Positions 20,900-29,627 of a stretch of DNA of 32,000 nucleotides are shown here, one piece after another (the stretch's first letter is position 1; every line of letters begins with the position of its first letter). The stretch comes from Aquifex aeolicus VF5 (lineage in GTDB: Bacteria > Aquificota > Aquificia > Aquificales > Aquificaceae): assembly GCF_000008625.1 (NCBI RefSeq), contig NC_000918.1:1350001-1382000 (forward strand). Reading direction: 5' to 3'. The notes under the pieces were generated by a model, which saw only the letters and a list, made by a program, of their open reading frames with translations, had not been told where the DNA came from and searched no databases. Position numbers and translations under genes: made by a program.

Positions 20900-22578
20900 G
20901 CCCTCTTCCCTTTAAAAACCTTCTTTAACAGGAGTAAAAGGAACAAGATAAAATAAGAATTTGTCTCTGTGTTACATCCACCGCCTCCACCATTTGAAGT
21001 TTTACTCCTATTTGGAACGTTAGGATTAAAGGAAGTATCCGAGGAGGTAGGAATACTTTCTCCGTAAAGTTTTATGCTTCTTATTAACCCTTCTGAAGTC
21101 TGTATAGTTAATTCTCCCGTATACGTCCCTCCGCTTACGGGACTAAAGGTTATTTGAATACTGCACTCTTCAAAGGGTTTTAAGGCTTTCAGTGTACAGT
21201 TTTTACCGCTAACCTTAAATGCGGAGTTTGAAGTCCTCAAGCCGGTAATAATTAAATCCTTTTTTCCCGTGCTTCTTACCGTAAGACTGAGTGTTTTACT
21301 TTCACCTGAATTCAAAGTCCCGAAATTGAGCTCTCCCGTCGAGAGACACATCTTCTGAGAGCTTTCACCCGAAAGTAGGTTGTTCAAGTTCAGTAGATTA
21401 CAAGTATAACTTTTTCCATCGTAGTCCTTTGAATTTTCTCCCGTAAGAAGTATCTCCCTCTTTATTTCCCGAGGCGAGAGATTTCTGTTTAAAGAGTAAA
21501 GTAGTGCCACAGCACCTGTAACAAAAGGAGCGGATAGAGAAGTTCCTGCACCCAACACTAGGGATTTCTCGCAGGAGTTTGAGTGTTTTCCCGTGTATAG
21601 ACCTAGTATTTCTTCACCGGGAGCAAATAAGTCAACCGTATAGTAACCGTAATTGGAAAAGTAGGCGGGCTTTTTGTACACGTCGTAAGCACCCACACAT
21701 ATCTCGTTGTCCAGGTTGTAGTTGCAGGGGTAAAAATCTATTTCGTCGTTGTTATCCCCGTAATTTCCCGATGCGGTAATGTAAACGCCGTTAAAGTTTG
21801 ATATTTCCTCGTACTGAACTCGGCTAAAAAGGTATTCCCCTCCGTAACTTGCGTTAATCGCTATAACTTTTATACCCTTATCCCTTTCAAGTTTTTTAAT
21901 GTACTCAAAGCACGCAAGTTCTCCCTCAAGCTCTCCAAATCCGGAGGCGTCTAAAAACTTACAGGGAATTATCTTCACTCTCCAAGCTACGCCGGGAATT
22001 AAGAACCCATTGTTGCCAACAGCACCGATTATTCCCGCAATTAACGTCCCGTGTCCGTCGTCATCGTAAGCATCCGGAGCGTTACAACCGGGAGCGTTGG
22101 TATCATAATATCCCCTAGGATAACAGAGTACGTTTACACCGTAGCAGTCGTCAACGTAGCCGTTCCCGTCGTCATCAACACCGTTGTCGCAAACCTCGTC
22201 GGGATTTTTCCAGAGGTTATCCTTCAAATCAGGATGGTTGTAATCCACACCTGTGTCAAAGACCGCAACGTATACTTCTTGACTTCCAACACTCCTGTCC
22301 CAGGCCTCCGGGGCGTCTATCGCTTCAAGATCCCACCTGTAGGAAAAACAGGTATCGTTGGGTAATTTCAAAGCCCTGAGTTTAACGTTTTTCTCAAGGA
22401 TAAAATTCCCGTTAAAGGATTGTTTAAAGAGTGGCCCGTCGGGAAGATCAAGTAAATAAACTTTTTCAGAGATCTTTTTCTTCAGGAAGGTCTTCAGGCT
22501 TTCGGGAAGTTCTCCCTTCAGTAAGTACTCCTCTCCAAAAGAGACTGCCACGAGAAGAAAAAGTATTAACGCTATCAT
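20896..22578 (-). CDS. Secreted subtilisin-like serine protease (S8) with C-terminal Ig-like/choice-of-anchor repeat and possible sorting signal
   Basis: Signal peptide; catalytic triad VAVFDTGVDYNHPDL (D), DDGHGTLIAGIIG (H), GTSLSAPFVTGA (S); C-terminal GTLNSGESKTLSLTV...CSIQITFSPVSGGTYTGELTI; tail GGGGGC-TM-KKVFKGKR. Confidence 0.93.
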   Translation of the reverse strand: MIALILFLLVAVSFGEEYLLKGELPESLKTFLKKKISEKVYLLDLPDGPLFKQSFNGNFILEKNVKLRALKLPNDTCFSYRWDLEAIDAPEAWDRSVGSQEVYVAVFDTGVDYNHPDLKDNLWKNPDEVCDNGVDDDGNGYVDDCYGVNVLCYPRGYYDTNAPGCNAPDAYDDDGHGTLIAGIIGAVGNNGFLIPGVAWRVKIIPCKFLDASGFGELEGELACFEYIKKLERDKGIKVIAINASYGGEYLFSRVQYEEISNFNGVYITASGNYGDNNDEIDFYPCNYNLDNEICVGAYDVYKKPAYFSNYGYYTVDLFAPGEEILGLYTGKHSNSCEKSLVLGAGTSLSAPFVTGAVALLYSLNRNLSPREIKREILLTGENSKDYDGKSYTCNLLNLNNLLSGESSQKMCLSTGELNFGTLNSGESKTLSLTVRSTGKKDLIITGLRTSNSAFKVSGKNCTLKALKPFEECSIQITFSPVSGGTYTGELTIQTSEGLIRSIKLYGESIPTSSDTSFNPNVPNRSKTSNGGGGGCNTETNSYFILFLLLLLKKVFKGKRA

Positions 22579-22612
22579 TTTCCATTAGAGTATAAGACTA
22601 AATTAAAGCTTT

Positions 22613-23650
22613 ATGAAGATTTACAGAGCCGGAAAGTTAGACAACCTTCGCTCCATTACCCTGTTCCACGCTATGGCAAGACTCGGGTATGAGGGTTTGA
22701 TAATAACGACACCTGTGGAGACATATGCAAGTGTAGGGTACTTTGATAAAACACAGGAAATACTTGATTTGGAAAAGTGTAAAAAACTGGGAATTCCCGT
22801 AATAAGGAGAGAAGTGGGCGGAGGAGCTGTTTTGCTACACGAAAATCAGGTGTTTTATCAATTAATTCTCAAAAAGAGCAGAGCTCCCTTTAAGGTTATT
22901 GACGCTTACAAGAAGTTCTCTCAACCCGTTATAAACGTTTACAGAAGACTGGGTGTGGAAGTGGAGTACAGACCCATAAACGACCTCGTGGTAAAGAGAA
23001 ACAAGAAAAAGATAAGCGGACAGGGAGCCGCGGACATAGAAGACTCCTTCGTATTCGTAGGCGGGATTCTTCTGAAGTTCAACACAAAACTCATGGCGGA
23101 GATATTCCGGATTCCGGAGGAGAAGTTCAGGGATAAAGTTCACAAGAGCTTAGAGGAAAACGTAACCTGGGTAGAGAGAGAAACGGGAAGACTGCCCTCT
23201 TACGAGGAAGTTGAGGAATTTCTCGTGGAAGAGTTTTCTAAAGTAATTCCCTTTGAAGGAGAGGAACCTGTACCGGAGGAAGCAATAGAACTTGCGGACA
23301 AACTAAAAGAAGAATTCACCTCAGAAGAGGTACTCTTAGAGGATACGGGAAGGAAGCACAGGGCTATAAAGCTGAGGGAAGGGGTGTACTTGAGAACCGC
23401 GGTTCACAAAGCGCAGGGAGGCTTGATCAGAACTGAAGTCTATACGGACGGAGAGGTAATAGAAAGGGTTAAAATTTACGGAGACTTTACCCTTTATCCG
23501 AAGGAAAGCTTAAAGGAACTTGAGGAGAAACTGAAAGGGATAAAGTTTGAACCAGAAGAGATTAAAAAGGTAGCGCACGAGTTTTTACAAAAGGTGGATA
23601 TGCCGGGGGTGAGTGCTGAAGATTTAGTTATCGCCATTTACGGGGACTGA
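22613..23650 (+). CDS. lplA: Lipoate-protein ligase A-like protein with C-terminal accessory domain
   Basis: 345 aa; IPVIRREVGGGAVLLHENQVFYQLI, KKISGQGAADIEDSFVFVGGILL, C-terminal KAQGGLIRTEVYTDGEVIERVKIYGDFTLYPKESLKELEEKLKG. Confidence 0.88.
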   Translation: MKIYRAGKLDNLRSITLFHAMARLGYEGLIITTPVETYASVGYFDKTQEILDLEKCKKLGIPVIRREVGGGAVLLHENQVFYQLILKKSRAPFKVIDAYKKFSQPVINVYRRLGVEVEYRPINDLVVKRNKKKISGQGAADIEDSFVFVGGILLKFNTKLMAEIFRIPEEKFRDKVHKSLEENVTWVERETGRLPSYEEVEEFLVEEFSKVIPFEGEEPVPEEAIELADKLKEEFTSEEVLLEDTGRKHRAIKLREGVYLRTAVHKAQGGLIRTEVYTDGEVIERVKIYGDFTLYPKESLKELEEKLKGIKFEPEEIKKVAHEFLQKVDMPGVSAEDLVIAIYGD

Positions 23651-24018
23651 AAGGGTCTTATCTTTATTATCACTCCCTCCTTACCCTTTTCTATCTTCTT
23701 TACCGTGTGCACTTCAAATATTAAGTTGTCATTTTTTATCACACCCGCCTTTTCCATTACGTCCCAGAGGCTCTTTAACATGTTGTCTATATCCCTCTTC
23801 CTCCTGTTCGGGAGTATTAAGGTTATATCAACGGATATCTCATAATCTATTGCATCTCCTTTAAACTGTTCTCTCAGTTCCCATATGGCTCTCGCTTCCC
23901 AGTTTGTAACTCTCGGGGGTTTAAACACCTTCCCTCCCTTCGGTCTTATGTACCTGTTACTTTTGGGTACGGGAAGCTTTGAAAGGTAAAGCTCAATTTC
24001 TTCCATTTCTGATATCAT
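23638..24018 (-). CDS. rusA: RusA-family Holliday junction resolvase
   Basis: PVPKSNRYIRPKGGKVFKPP near the N-terminus and RRKRDIDNMLKSLWDVMEKAGVIKNDNLI, the conserved acidic RusA core. Start uncertain (24096, 24018 or 24006); the longest form would overlap rplS. Confidence 0.88.
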   Translation of the reverse strand: MISEMEEIELYLSKLPVPKSNRYIRPKGGKVFKPPRVTNWEARAIWELREQFKGDAIDYEISVDITLILPNRRKRDIDNMLKSLWDVMEKAGVIKNDNLIFEVHTVKKIEKGKEGVIIKIRPFQSP

Positions 24019-24063
24019 TTTATGAGATAATTTTATATTCCATTTCTTCTGAGGAGGAGAGAA

Positions 24064-24528
24064 ATGAGCAGTGAATTGCTCAGGAAGATTGAACAAAAAT
24101 ACCTTCCCAAAAAGGAATATCCAGATTTCAGAGTAGGCTACACAGTAAGGGTTTACTACAAAATAAAGGAAGGAGATAAGGAAAGGATTCAGCCCTTTGA
24201 AGGTGTTGTTATAAGAATAAGGGGAAGCGGTGCAGGAAAGACCTTCACAGTAAGAAGGGAGTCCTTTGGAGTAGGGATAGAGAGGACATTCCCCTACTAC
24301 AGTCCCAACATAGAAAAGATAGAGGTTGTGAAGATAGGTAAGGTAAGAAGGGCAAAACTCTACTACCTAAGAGAACTAAAGGGTAAAGAAGCGGAAAGGA
24401 AGATTAAGGAAATCAAGCAGTGGGAATACGAGGCTATGCAAAGGAGAAAGGAAGAGGCGAGAAAGCAAAGGGAAGAAGAACAAAAGCAGGCTCAGGAGCA
24501 GGCTCAAGAACAGGAACAGAATGCTTAA
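24064..24528 (+). CDS. rplS: 50S ribosomal protein L19 with extended C-terminal tail
   Basis: [64 protein letters not shown]; strong GAGGAGG ribosome-binding site. Confidence 0.96.
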
Positions 24529-25111
24529 TTACGAATTAGAACTTTGGGAAAAGGGTCTTTTAGTAGCTGGAGTTGACGAAGCGGGGAGAGGTCCACTGGC
24601 CGGGCCCGTCGTCGCCGCTGCTGTCATACTTCCACCCTTCACGGAACCCTTTATAAAGGGCGATTCAAAGAAATTAACCAAGAAAGAAAGGGAAGAGGCT
24701 TATGAGGAGATAAAAAACAAAGCCCTGGCTGTGGGAACGGCAGTTGTGGACAGTGCAGTCATAGACAGGGTGAACATACTCAGGGCCACGAAACTCGCCA
24801 TGAAAAGGGCTCTCAAAGACTTGAAGTACCATTACGATATTGTCATCACAGATTACGTAAAGCTTGAAGGAGAAAACTGCATGCCTCTAGTAAAGGGAGA
24901 TGAGAAAAGTCTAAACTGCGCCTGCGCCTCTATTATCGCAAAGGTTATAAGGGACAAGATTATGGAGATTTATCACAAGATTTATCCGGATTTTAACTTT
25001 GCTTCAAACAAGGGATATCCTTCAAAAACTCACCTGGAAAAGGTGGAGAAGGGAGAGTACACGGAGATACACAGGAAGAGCTTTTCCCCCCTTAAGAAAA
25101 AACTTTTTTAG
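24521..25111 (+). CDS. rnhB: Ribonuclease HII
   Basis: 196 aa; [59 protein letters not shown]. Confidence 0.97.
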
Positions 25112-25881
25112 GAAAATTGTTCAAGTTTTATCTTATGCTGTGTTAAATCAAGGAAGGCATACCTTCCTTCTTCAAACTCTCCGGGATTTACAACTATAGT
25201 GTTACCCACGAGTTCGTGACCTTTGCCTACGTGTCCGACTATCGCAACTTCAGGGTTAAGGGATTTTATTATCGTATTCACAACGGCACTTCCATGGTGT
25301 TTGGGATCCTCGGGTGTCCTGTCTACAAACTCACCTATAGGCGGAGTGTAGAATATTGTTACCAGTCTTCTGGGTTTGAGTTCATTTACGAACTTGAGAA
25401 TGTACTCAACGTACCATCTGGGGTACTTAAGTACAAAGTCCTCTTCAAATTCGTGTTCCGTTAATAAGCCTCCGAAGCCTATAACTTCAAACTCTCCCCT
25501 CCAGCCTGCAAAGCCTTCGTGAAGAACCCTTATGTTAGGGTAAGCGGTTTCAGCCTCGTAAGCTGCTCTCAGGAATATCTTCAAAGGTGCGTCATTCTTC
25601 CCAGGAACTACAAAGGTTTTAACTCCGAGTTCTCCTATTTCCCTGAAGAACTTGTCCAAGGTTTCAATTATGTAGTGTTCATTTTCGTGAATTACCTTCC
25701 TGTTTGGTTCTCTTCTCGCAAGGTGAGCCCTTTCGTACTCCTTTTCCAGAGCTTCGTTTTTAAGTATATTTCCTACAACGACGAGAATATCGGGTTGCTT
25801 TTCGGCTATAACTCCCTTTAACTTGGGGAGTAAGTCAAACCTTTCCTTGAAGTTTTTTATTGCCAGTACTTTTCTTGGCAT
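25108..25881 (-). CDS. Calcineurin-like phosphoesterase-fold protein with degenerate metal-binding motifs
   Basis: MPRKVLAIKNF...PDILVVVGNILKNEA...VKTFVVPGKNDAP...VAIVGHVGKGHELVGNTIVVNPGEFEEG follows the order of MPE-fold motifs. GGAGG lies upstream of the chosen ATG. Confidence 0.75.
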   Translation of the reverse strand: MPRKVLAIKNFKERFDLLPKLKGVIAEKQPDILVVVGNILKNEALEKEYERAHLARREPNRKVIHENEHYIIETLDKFFREIGELGVKTFVVPGKNDAPLKIFLRAAYEAETAYPNIRVLHEGFAGWRGEFEVIGFGGLLTEHEFEEDFVLKYPRWYVEYILKFVNELKPRRLVTIFYTPPIGEFVDRTPEDPKHHGSAVVNTIIKSLNPEVAIVGHVGKGHELVGNTIVVNPGEFEEGRYAFLDLTQHKIKLEQFS

Positions 25882-26001
25882 GATTCCCACCTCCTCTAAT
25901 ATTTAATATACCCCACTCAAGAATTTTTATAAAGTTTTTTGTAATGATAAAAAAGCGAAAAAATCCTTTATTTTTGGAATTGCTGGATTTTAAGATAGGA
26001 A

Positions 26002-26079
26002 TGGCGGAGCGGACGGGATTTGAACCCGCGACCTCCGGCTTGACAGGCCGGCGTTCTGACCGGGCTGAACTACCGCTCC
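26002..26079 (-). tRNA. tRNA-Asp (anticodon GTC)
   Basis: Reverse complement GGAGCGGTAGTTCAG...CTGTCAA...GGTTCAAATCCCGTCCGCTCCGCCA; full cloverleaf with encoded CCA. Confidence 0.97.
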
Positions 26080-26091
26080 AGCCAGTGTAAT

Positions 26092-26120
26092 ATTATATAA
26101 CCTGCGAAAGAAAAATTCAA
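26092..26120 (-). promoter_or_regulatory. Promoter for tRNA-Asp and the downstream gene
   Basis: Minus strand TTGAAT (26115-26120), 17 bp, perfect TATAAT (26092-26097), about 13 bp before the tRNA 5' end. Confidence 0.65.
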
Positions 26121-26131
26121 GAGGGAAGAGT

Positions 26132-27250
26132 TCAGTGGGCGTACCTGAAAGAACTCGGGTTTAGTATATCCGGATAGTGGGTTTCCATTTCGTAATCAAA
26201 CATCTGTTTCCTTATCCTCTTGAGGTCGTTTTTGTTGGGTCTGAAGGGATAGCTCTTTATGTCTGAAACAGAGCAATCTCCGAAGGGCCTGTTGCAAGCG
26301 ACTTCTGTTGTCTTTCCTCTGCACCCGGCGGTCATGAAGGGTCTTCCGCTCCAGAATATTTCTTCAAACACTTCTTTGGAAACTCCCCAGTCTATTATCT
26401 GTCCCTTTTCGTTGAACTTCATGTCCTCGTATCTCGCAAGCCCGTTGTCTATCAAGTATCTTGCCATTTGAACCCTTCTGTACTGTGGTGCAGGACATGG
26501 CTTTTCTTTTTCCATTAATGAACCTTCTTCGGGCCAGAAGGAGAAGAGGTGAGTCCTTCCTCCGAGGTCTCTCACTCTCTGTATAGTTCTTACCATTTCC
26601 TCTTCAGTTTCCCCGAGTCCTACAATCAAGTGAGCTCCTACGTGTCCATCTCCCATAATGTCCGCACACCACTCGAGAACTTTCCAGTAGGTTTCCCACC
26701 TGTGGGGACTGTTCATAGGTCTTCCTCTTAGTTTTTCAAAGAGTTCAGGAGTTGCCGCGTCAAGTGCAACCGTTAGAGTTTCCGCTCCGAGTCTCTTGTA
26801 GTCCTCAAGGTCTTCGTAAGTGTGTCCTGTGGCGTTCAGGAGGATTGATATGAAAATTTTGTCACCGAGTTCTCTGTGAACTTTTTCAAGTATGTACTTT
26901 GTGTCCCTTATAGCCCTCGGGTGGGTTATCTGGGAAATACAGAGTCTCTCTGCGTGTCCCACCTGCTTGGTTCTTTCGATAATTTCGTCCGTTTTTACGG
27001 TAGGCCACTCAACCCTTATGAAGTTCTTTTTAGAGTATTCTATTTCTCTGGCTTTCTGGAGACCGCAGTAAGCACAGGTGGCGTGACAACCTGAAGGATA
27101 GGTGAGAAGCGTGTTTATACAGCTCAGCTTTGTGTCCCTGTAAAACTGTCCGGGAATGAGTCCGAGTGTCATTGCAGCAGCCCAGCTTATCTGCATGTAT
27201 TCGGGGCTTTCCTTTTGCTCGGTCAACTTTTCAAGCACTAATTTGTTCAT
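26132..27250 (-). CDS. Radical SAM protein of the biotin synthase-like group, possibly LipS1/LipS2-type lipoyl synthase component
   Basis: 372 aa; YPSGCHATCAYCGLQ gives CxxxCxxC; BioB-like barrel; extra C-terminal cysteines in FMTAGCRGKTTEVACNRPFGDCSVSD. Confidence 0.85.
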   Translation of the reverse strand: MNKLVLEKLTEQKESPEYMQISWAAAMTLGLIPGQFYRDTKLSCINTLLTYPSGCHATCAYCGLQKAREIEYSKKNFIRVEWPTVKTDEIIERTKQVGHAERLCISQITHPRAIRDTKYILEKVHRELGDKIFISILLNATGHTYEDLEDYKRLGAETLTVALDAATPELFEKLRGRPMNSPHRWETYWKVLEWCADIMGDGHVGAHLIVGLGETEEEMVRTIQRVRDLGGRTHLFSFWPEEGSLMEKEKPCPAPQYRRVQMARYLIDNGLARYEDMKFNEKGQIIDWGVSKEVFEEIFWSGRPFMTAGCRGKTTEVACNRPFGDCSVSDIKSYPFRPNKNDLKRIRKQMFDYEMETHYPDILNPSSFRYAH

Positions 27251-27354
27251 ACCGTCCCTCCTTAGGGCTTTATTAATAACATTCTAAAACTCTTATAAGA
27301 ACTGGAAAATAAGGTGTGGTTATAGGACGTAAAGCGGGAATTATAATTTACGTT

Positions 27355-27798
27355 ATGCACGCACTCTTACTTCTTTTACTCTCCTTTACCTTTGCCCTTG
27401 AGCCCTTATCTGAGTGGTGGAGTAAGGCAAAAGAGGTATGCCTGTACGGAAAGTACAAAAACTACGACGGAACACTCAGAGACATAAAGCCCTTCTGTTG
27501 CAAAGTGGAAAGGGTTGAAGTGGAACCTATAAAGGGACTCCTGAAGGGAAAGTTCGGGCTAAAGGAGAGTTTAAAAGTTATCGCCTCGTGCAACGGTGCT
27601 TTTTACGGAGTGATGAGCTACGACGGGACAATTCTCGCGGTAGGTGGCAAGAAGGGAATAGTTAAAGAAACACCTTCTGGCGTTATGGAAGTGGAAGACG
27701 AAAAAACGATCCACTTTGTAGTTTGCAGAAGCGGGGCGAGTCTGGAAGGTTGTTACGGAGAGGTGTTTGCAGAAGGCTACATAATAAAGAAGAAATGA
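27355..27798 (+). CDS. Hypothetical secreted cysteine-containing protein
   Basis: MHALLLLLLSFTFA signal peptide from the internal ATG (the track ORF begins at 27316), then a region of about 130 aa with six cysteines; stop overlaps the thiD start. Confidence 0.65.
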   Translation: MHALLLLLLSFTFALEPLSEWWSKAKEVCLYGKYKNYDGTLRDIKPFCCKVERVEVEPIKGLLKGKFGLKESLKVIASCNGAFYGVMSYDGTILAVGGKKGIVKETPSGVMEVEDEKTIHFVVCRSGASLEGCYGEVFAEGYIIKKK

Positions 27799-28562
27799 TA
27801 GCCCTCAGTATTGCAGGGTTTGACAACAGCGGTGGAGCGGGAACCTTAGCGGATATAAGAACATTTAAGCACTTCGGTATTTACGGAGTTGCCGTAATAA
27901 CCGCCCTGGCGGTTCAAAACACCCAAAAGGTTTACGAGGTATTTCCCATTCCGCCGGATGTAGTTAAGGAAGAGCTGAAAGCAATATTTGAGGACTTTCC
28001 GATAAAGGGTGTAAAGATAGGTATGCTTGCAAATAAAGAAATAGCGGAAGTGGTTTACGAAACTCTTAAGAGTAAAAAAACAAACTTTATAGTTCTTGAT
28101 CCCGTTTTTCGTTCAAAGTCAGGAAGGGAACTTCTTTCAGAAGAAGGGGTTGAGTTTCTAAAAAGTGAGTTTATTAAAATCGTTGACCTAATTACTCCAA
28201 ACGTTCCAGAGGCAGAAATTCTTTGCGGAGAAGAGATAAAGAGTTTAGAAGACGTAAAAAATTGTGCCCAAAAAATTTATTCCTTAGGGGCTAAAAGCGT
28301 GCTTATAAAGGGCGGGCACTTGAAAGGAAACTATGCGATAGATATTCTTTACGACGGAAAGAGTTTTTATGAGTTTAAAGCTCCCAAAATTGCAGGAAAA
28401 ACTCCGAGAGGGACGGGTTGTGTTTATTCCTCTGCAATCCTTGCCAATTACCTGAGGCACAAAGACCTAATAAAAGCGATAAAAACAGCGAAAGATTTCA
28501 TTACAGAAGCTATAAAAAACAGTAAAAAACTCGGAAAAGGCTACGAGATTATGGACTTTTGA
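27795..28562 (+). CDS. thiD: Hydroxymethylpyrimidine/phosphomethylpyrimidine kinase
   Basis: MIALSIAGFDNSGGAGTLADIRTFKHFGIYGVAVITALAVQNT...GVKIGMLAN...VLDPVFRSKSG...TPNVPEAEIL...GTGCVYSSAILA. Start set at ATG 27795. Confidence 0.94.
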   Translation: MIALSIAGFDNSGGAGTLADIRTFKHFGIYGVAVITALAVQNTQKVYEVFPIPPDVVKEELKAIFEDFPIKGVKIGMLANKEIAEVVYETLKSKKTNFIVLDPVFRSKSGRELLSEEGVEFLKSEFIKIVDLITPNVPEAEILCGEEIKSLEDVKNCAQKIYSLGAKSVLIKGGHLKGNYAIDILYDGKSFYEFKAPKIAGKTPRGTGCVYSSAILANYLRHKDLIKAIKTAKDFITEAIKNSKKLGKGYEIMDF

Positions 28563-29325
28563 AACTCTGAATAAAGTACTCAAAGACTTTGAAGAAATCC
28601 TGAAAGTGGTTTGACATGGTGATCGTTATTAACGGAAGTGATAGGAGGAGTATTATAAGCCCTATGGAAACCTGAAGTGGAAGACCTACCATAAACACGT
28701 TCATCTGTGGTATGAACCTGTTTACCACTGCAAGAACGAGGTTAAGGATTAAGGCGGTAAGAATAAGAGGCATGGCGATTTTAACACCTAGTCTAAAACT
28801 CTCGTAAAAGAAGTTTAAAAAAACTTCGGGGTTTAAGTAAAAAATATTAAAAGAACCTACGGGAAGTCTTTTAAAACTCTCCGCAAGCCCGAGGATAATA
28901 AACTCTCCGCCTCCGAGTGATAGGAATATCAACGTGCCGTAAAGGGTAAAAAATCCGGAAAAGAGACTCATTTGGGTCATTCCCGGAATAAACATCTGGA
29001 GGAAACCGAGACCCGTGTGGAGGGCTATAAGTTCTCCAGCTATTATTAAAGCGTCAAACAAAAGTCTCAGTATTAAACCTGCACTGAAGCCAAAAAGAAG
29101 TTCGTTCAAAGCATAAACCAGAAATTCCACGAAAGTGTTAACTTTCACCGGAGTAATGTTTATAAAAGAAAGCACGGCGAAAGAAAGGGCAAAGGCGAGG
29201 TAAAGTCTTATAGTGTTAGGAATTAAAAAAGAACCATAAAAGGGAAAGGTAAATAGAAAACTAACAATCCGAAAATAGGAAAGTAAAAGCGTGATTAAAA
29301 ACTCTTCGGAAGTTACCTTATCCAT
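28549..29325 (-). CDS. fliR: Flagellar type III export protein FliR
   Basis: FLFTFPFYGSFLIPNTIRLYLAFALSFAVL, GEFIILGLAESFKRLPVG, IALPLILTALILNLVLAVVNRFIPQMNVFMVGLPLQVSIG. Confidence 0.94.
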   Translation of the reverse strand: MDKVTSEEFLITLLLSYFRIVSFLFTFPFYGSFLIPNTIRLYLAFALSFAVLSFINITPVKVNTFVEFLVYALNELLFGFSAGLILRLLFDALIIAGELIALHTGLGFLQMFIPGMTQMSLFSGFFTLYGTLIFLSLGGGEFIILGLAESFKRLPVGSFNIFYLNPEVFLNFFYESFRLGVKIAMPLILTALILNLVLAVVNRFIPQMNVFMVGLPLQVSIGLIILLLSLPLITITMSNHFQDFFKVFEYFIQSFKSP

Positions 29326-29582
29326 ACGGGAATGTTTGCAAAAATCTCAACTGCAAAGTCAACGAGCTTTCTCATCATCCAGCCGCCGAGGAGAAATATA
29401 ACGAGAAATGCGGTAATTACCTTGGGGATATAGGAAAGCGTCATTTCCTGAATTTGAGTAGCCGCCTGAAATATACTAACCACAAGCCCAACAACGAAAG
29501 TGGAAAGCAATACGGGAAGTGCCAAAAGAAGCGTCATTTCAAGTGCTCTTTGCCCTAAGGAAACTATTAAATCCTGTTCCAT
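29313..29582 (-). CDS. fliQ: Flagellar type III export protein FliQ
   Basis: 89 aa from ATG 29582 (MEQDLIVSLGQRALEMTLLLALPVLLSTFVVGLVVSIFQAATQIQEMTLSYIPKVITAFLVIFLLGGWMMRKLVDF); overlaps fliR. The longer track ORF reads through CRISPR sequence. Confidence 0.95.
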   Translation of the reverse strand: MEQDLIVSLGQRALEMTLLLALPVLLSTFVVGLVVSIFQAATQIQEMTLSYIPKVITAFLVIFLLGGWMMRKLVDFAVEIFANIPVWIR

Positions 29583-29598
29583 ATAAAGATTTTTACCA

Positions 29599-29627
29599 TA
29601 GCTTCTTCCACACGGTACATTAGGAAC
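29599..29627 (-). repeat. Degenerate terminal CRISPR repeat
   Basis: Plus strand ...CTTCCACACGGTACATTAGGAAC matches the conserved half of the repeat (CCACTACGGTACATTAGGAAC) with one base deleted; followed by a 38-nt spacer-length interval. Confidence 0.75.

Noticed and set aside
22051-22365. Plus-strand ORF of 104 aa opposite the subtilase
   Set aside because: Antisense to the well-supported catalytic domain; no supporting features.
23638-24096. Prophage or mobile island suggested by the RusA gene
   Set aside because: No integrase, structural phage genes or att-like repeats were seen; neighbours are housekeeping genes.
27723-27794. N-terminal extension of ThiD (MQKRGESGRLLRRGVCRRLHNKEE)
   Set aside because: Translates the end of the upstream gene out of frame; ThiD homology begins at MIALSIAGFD (27795).
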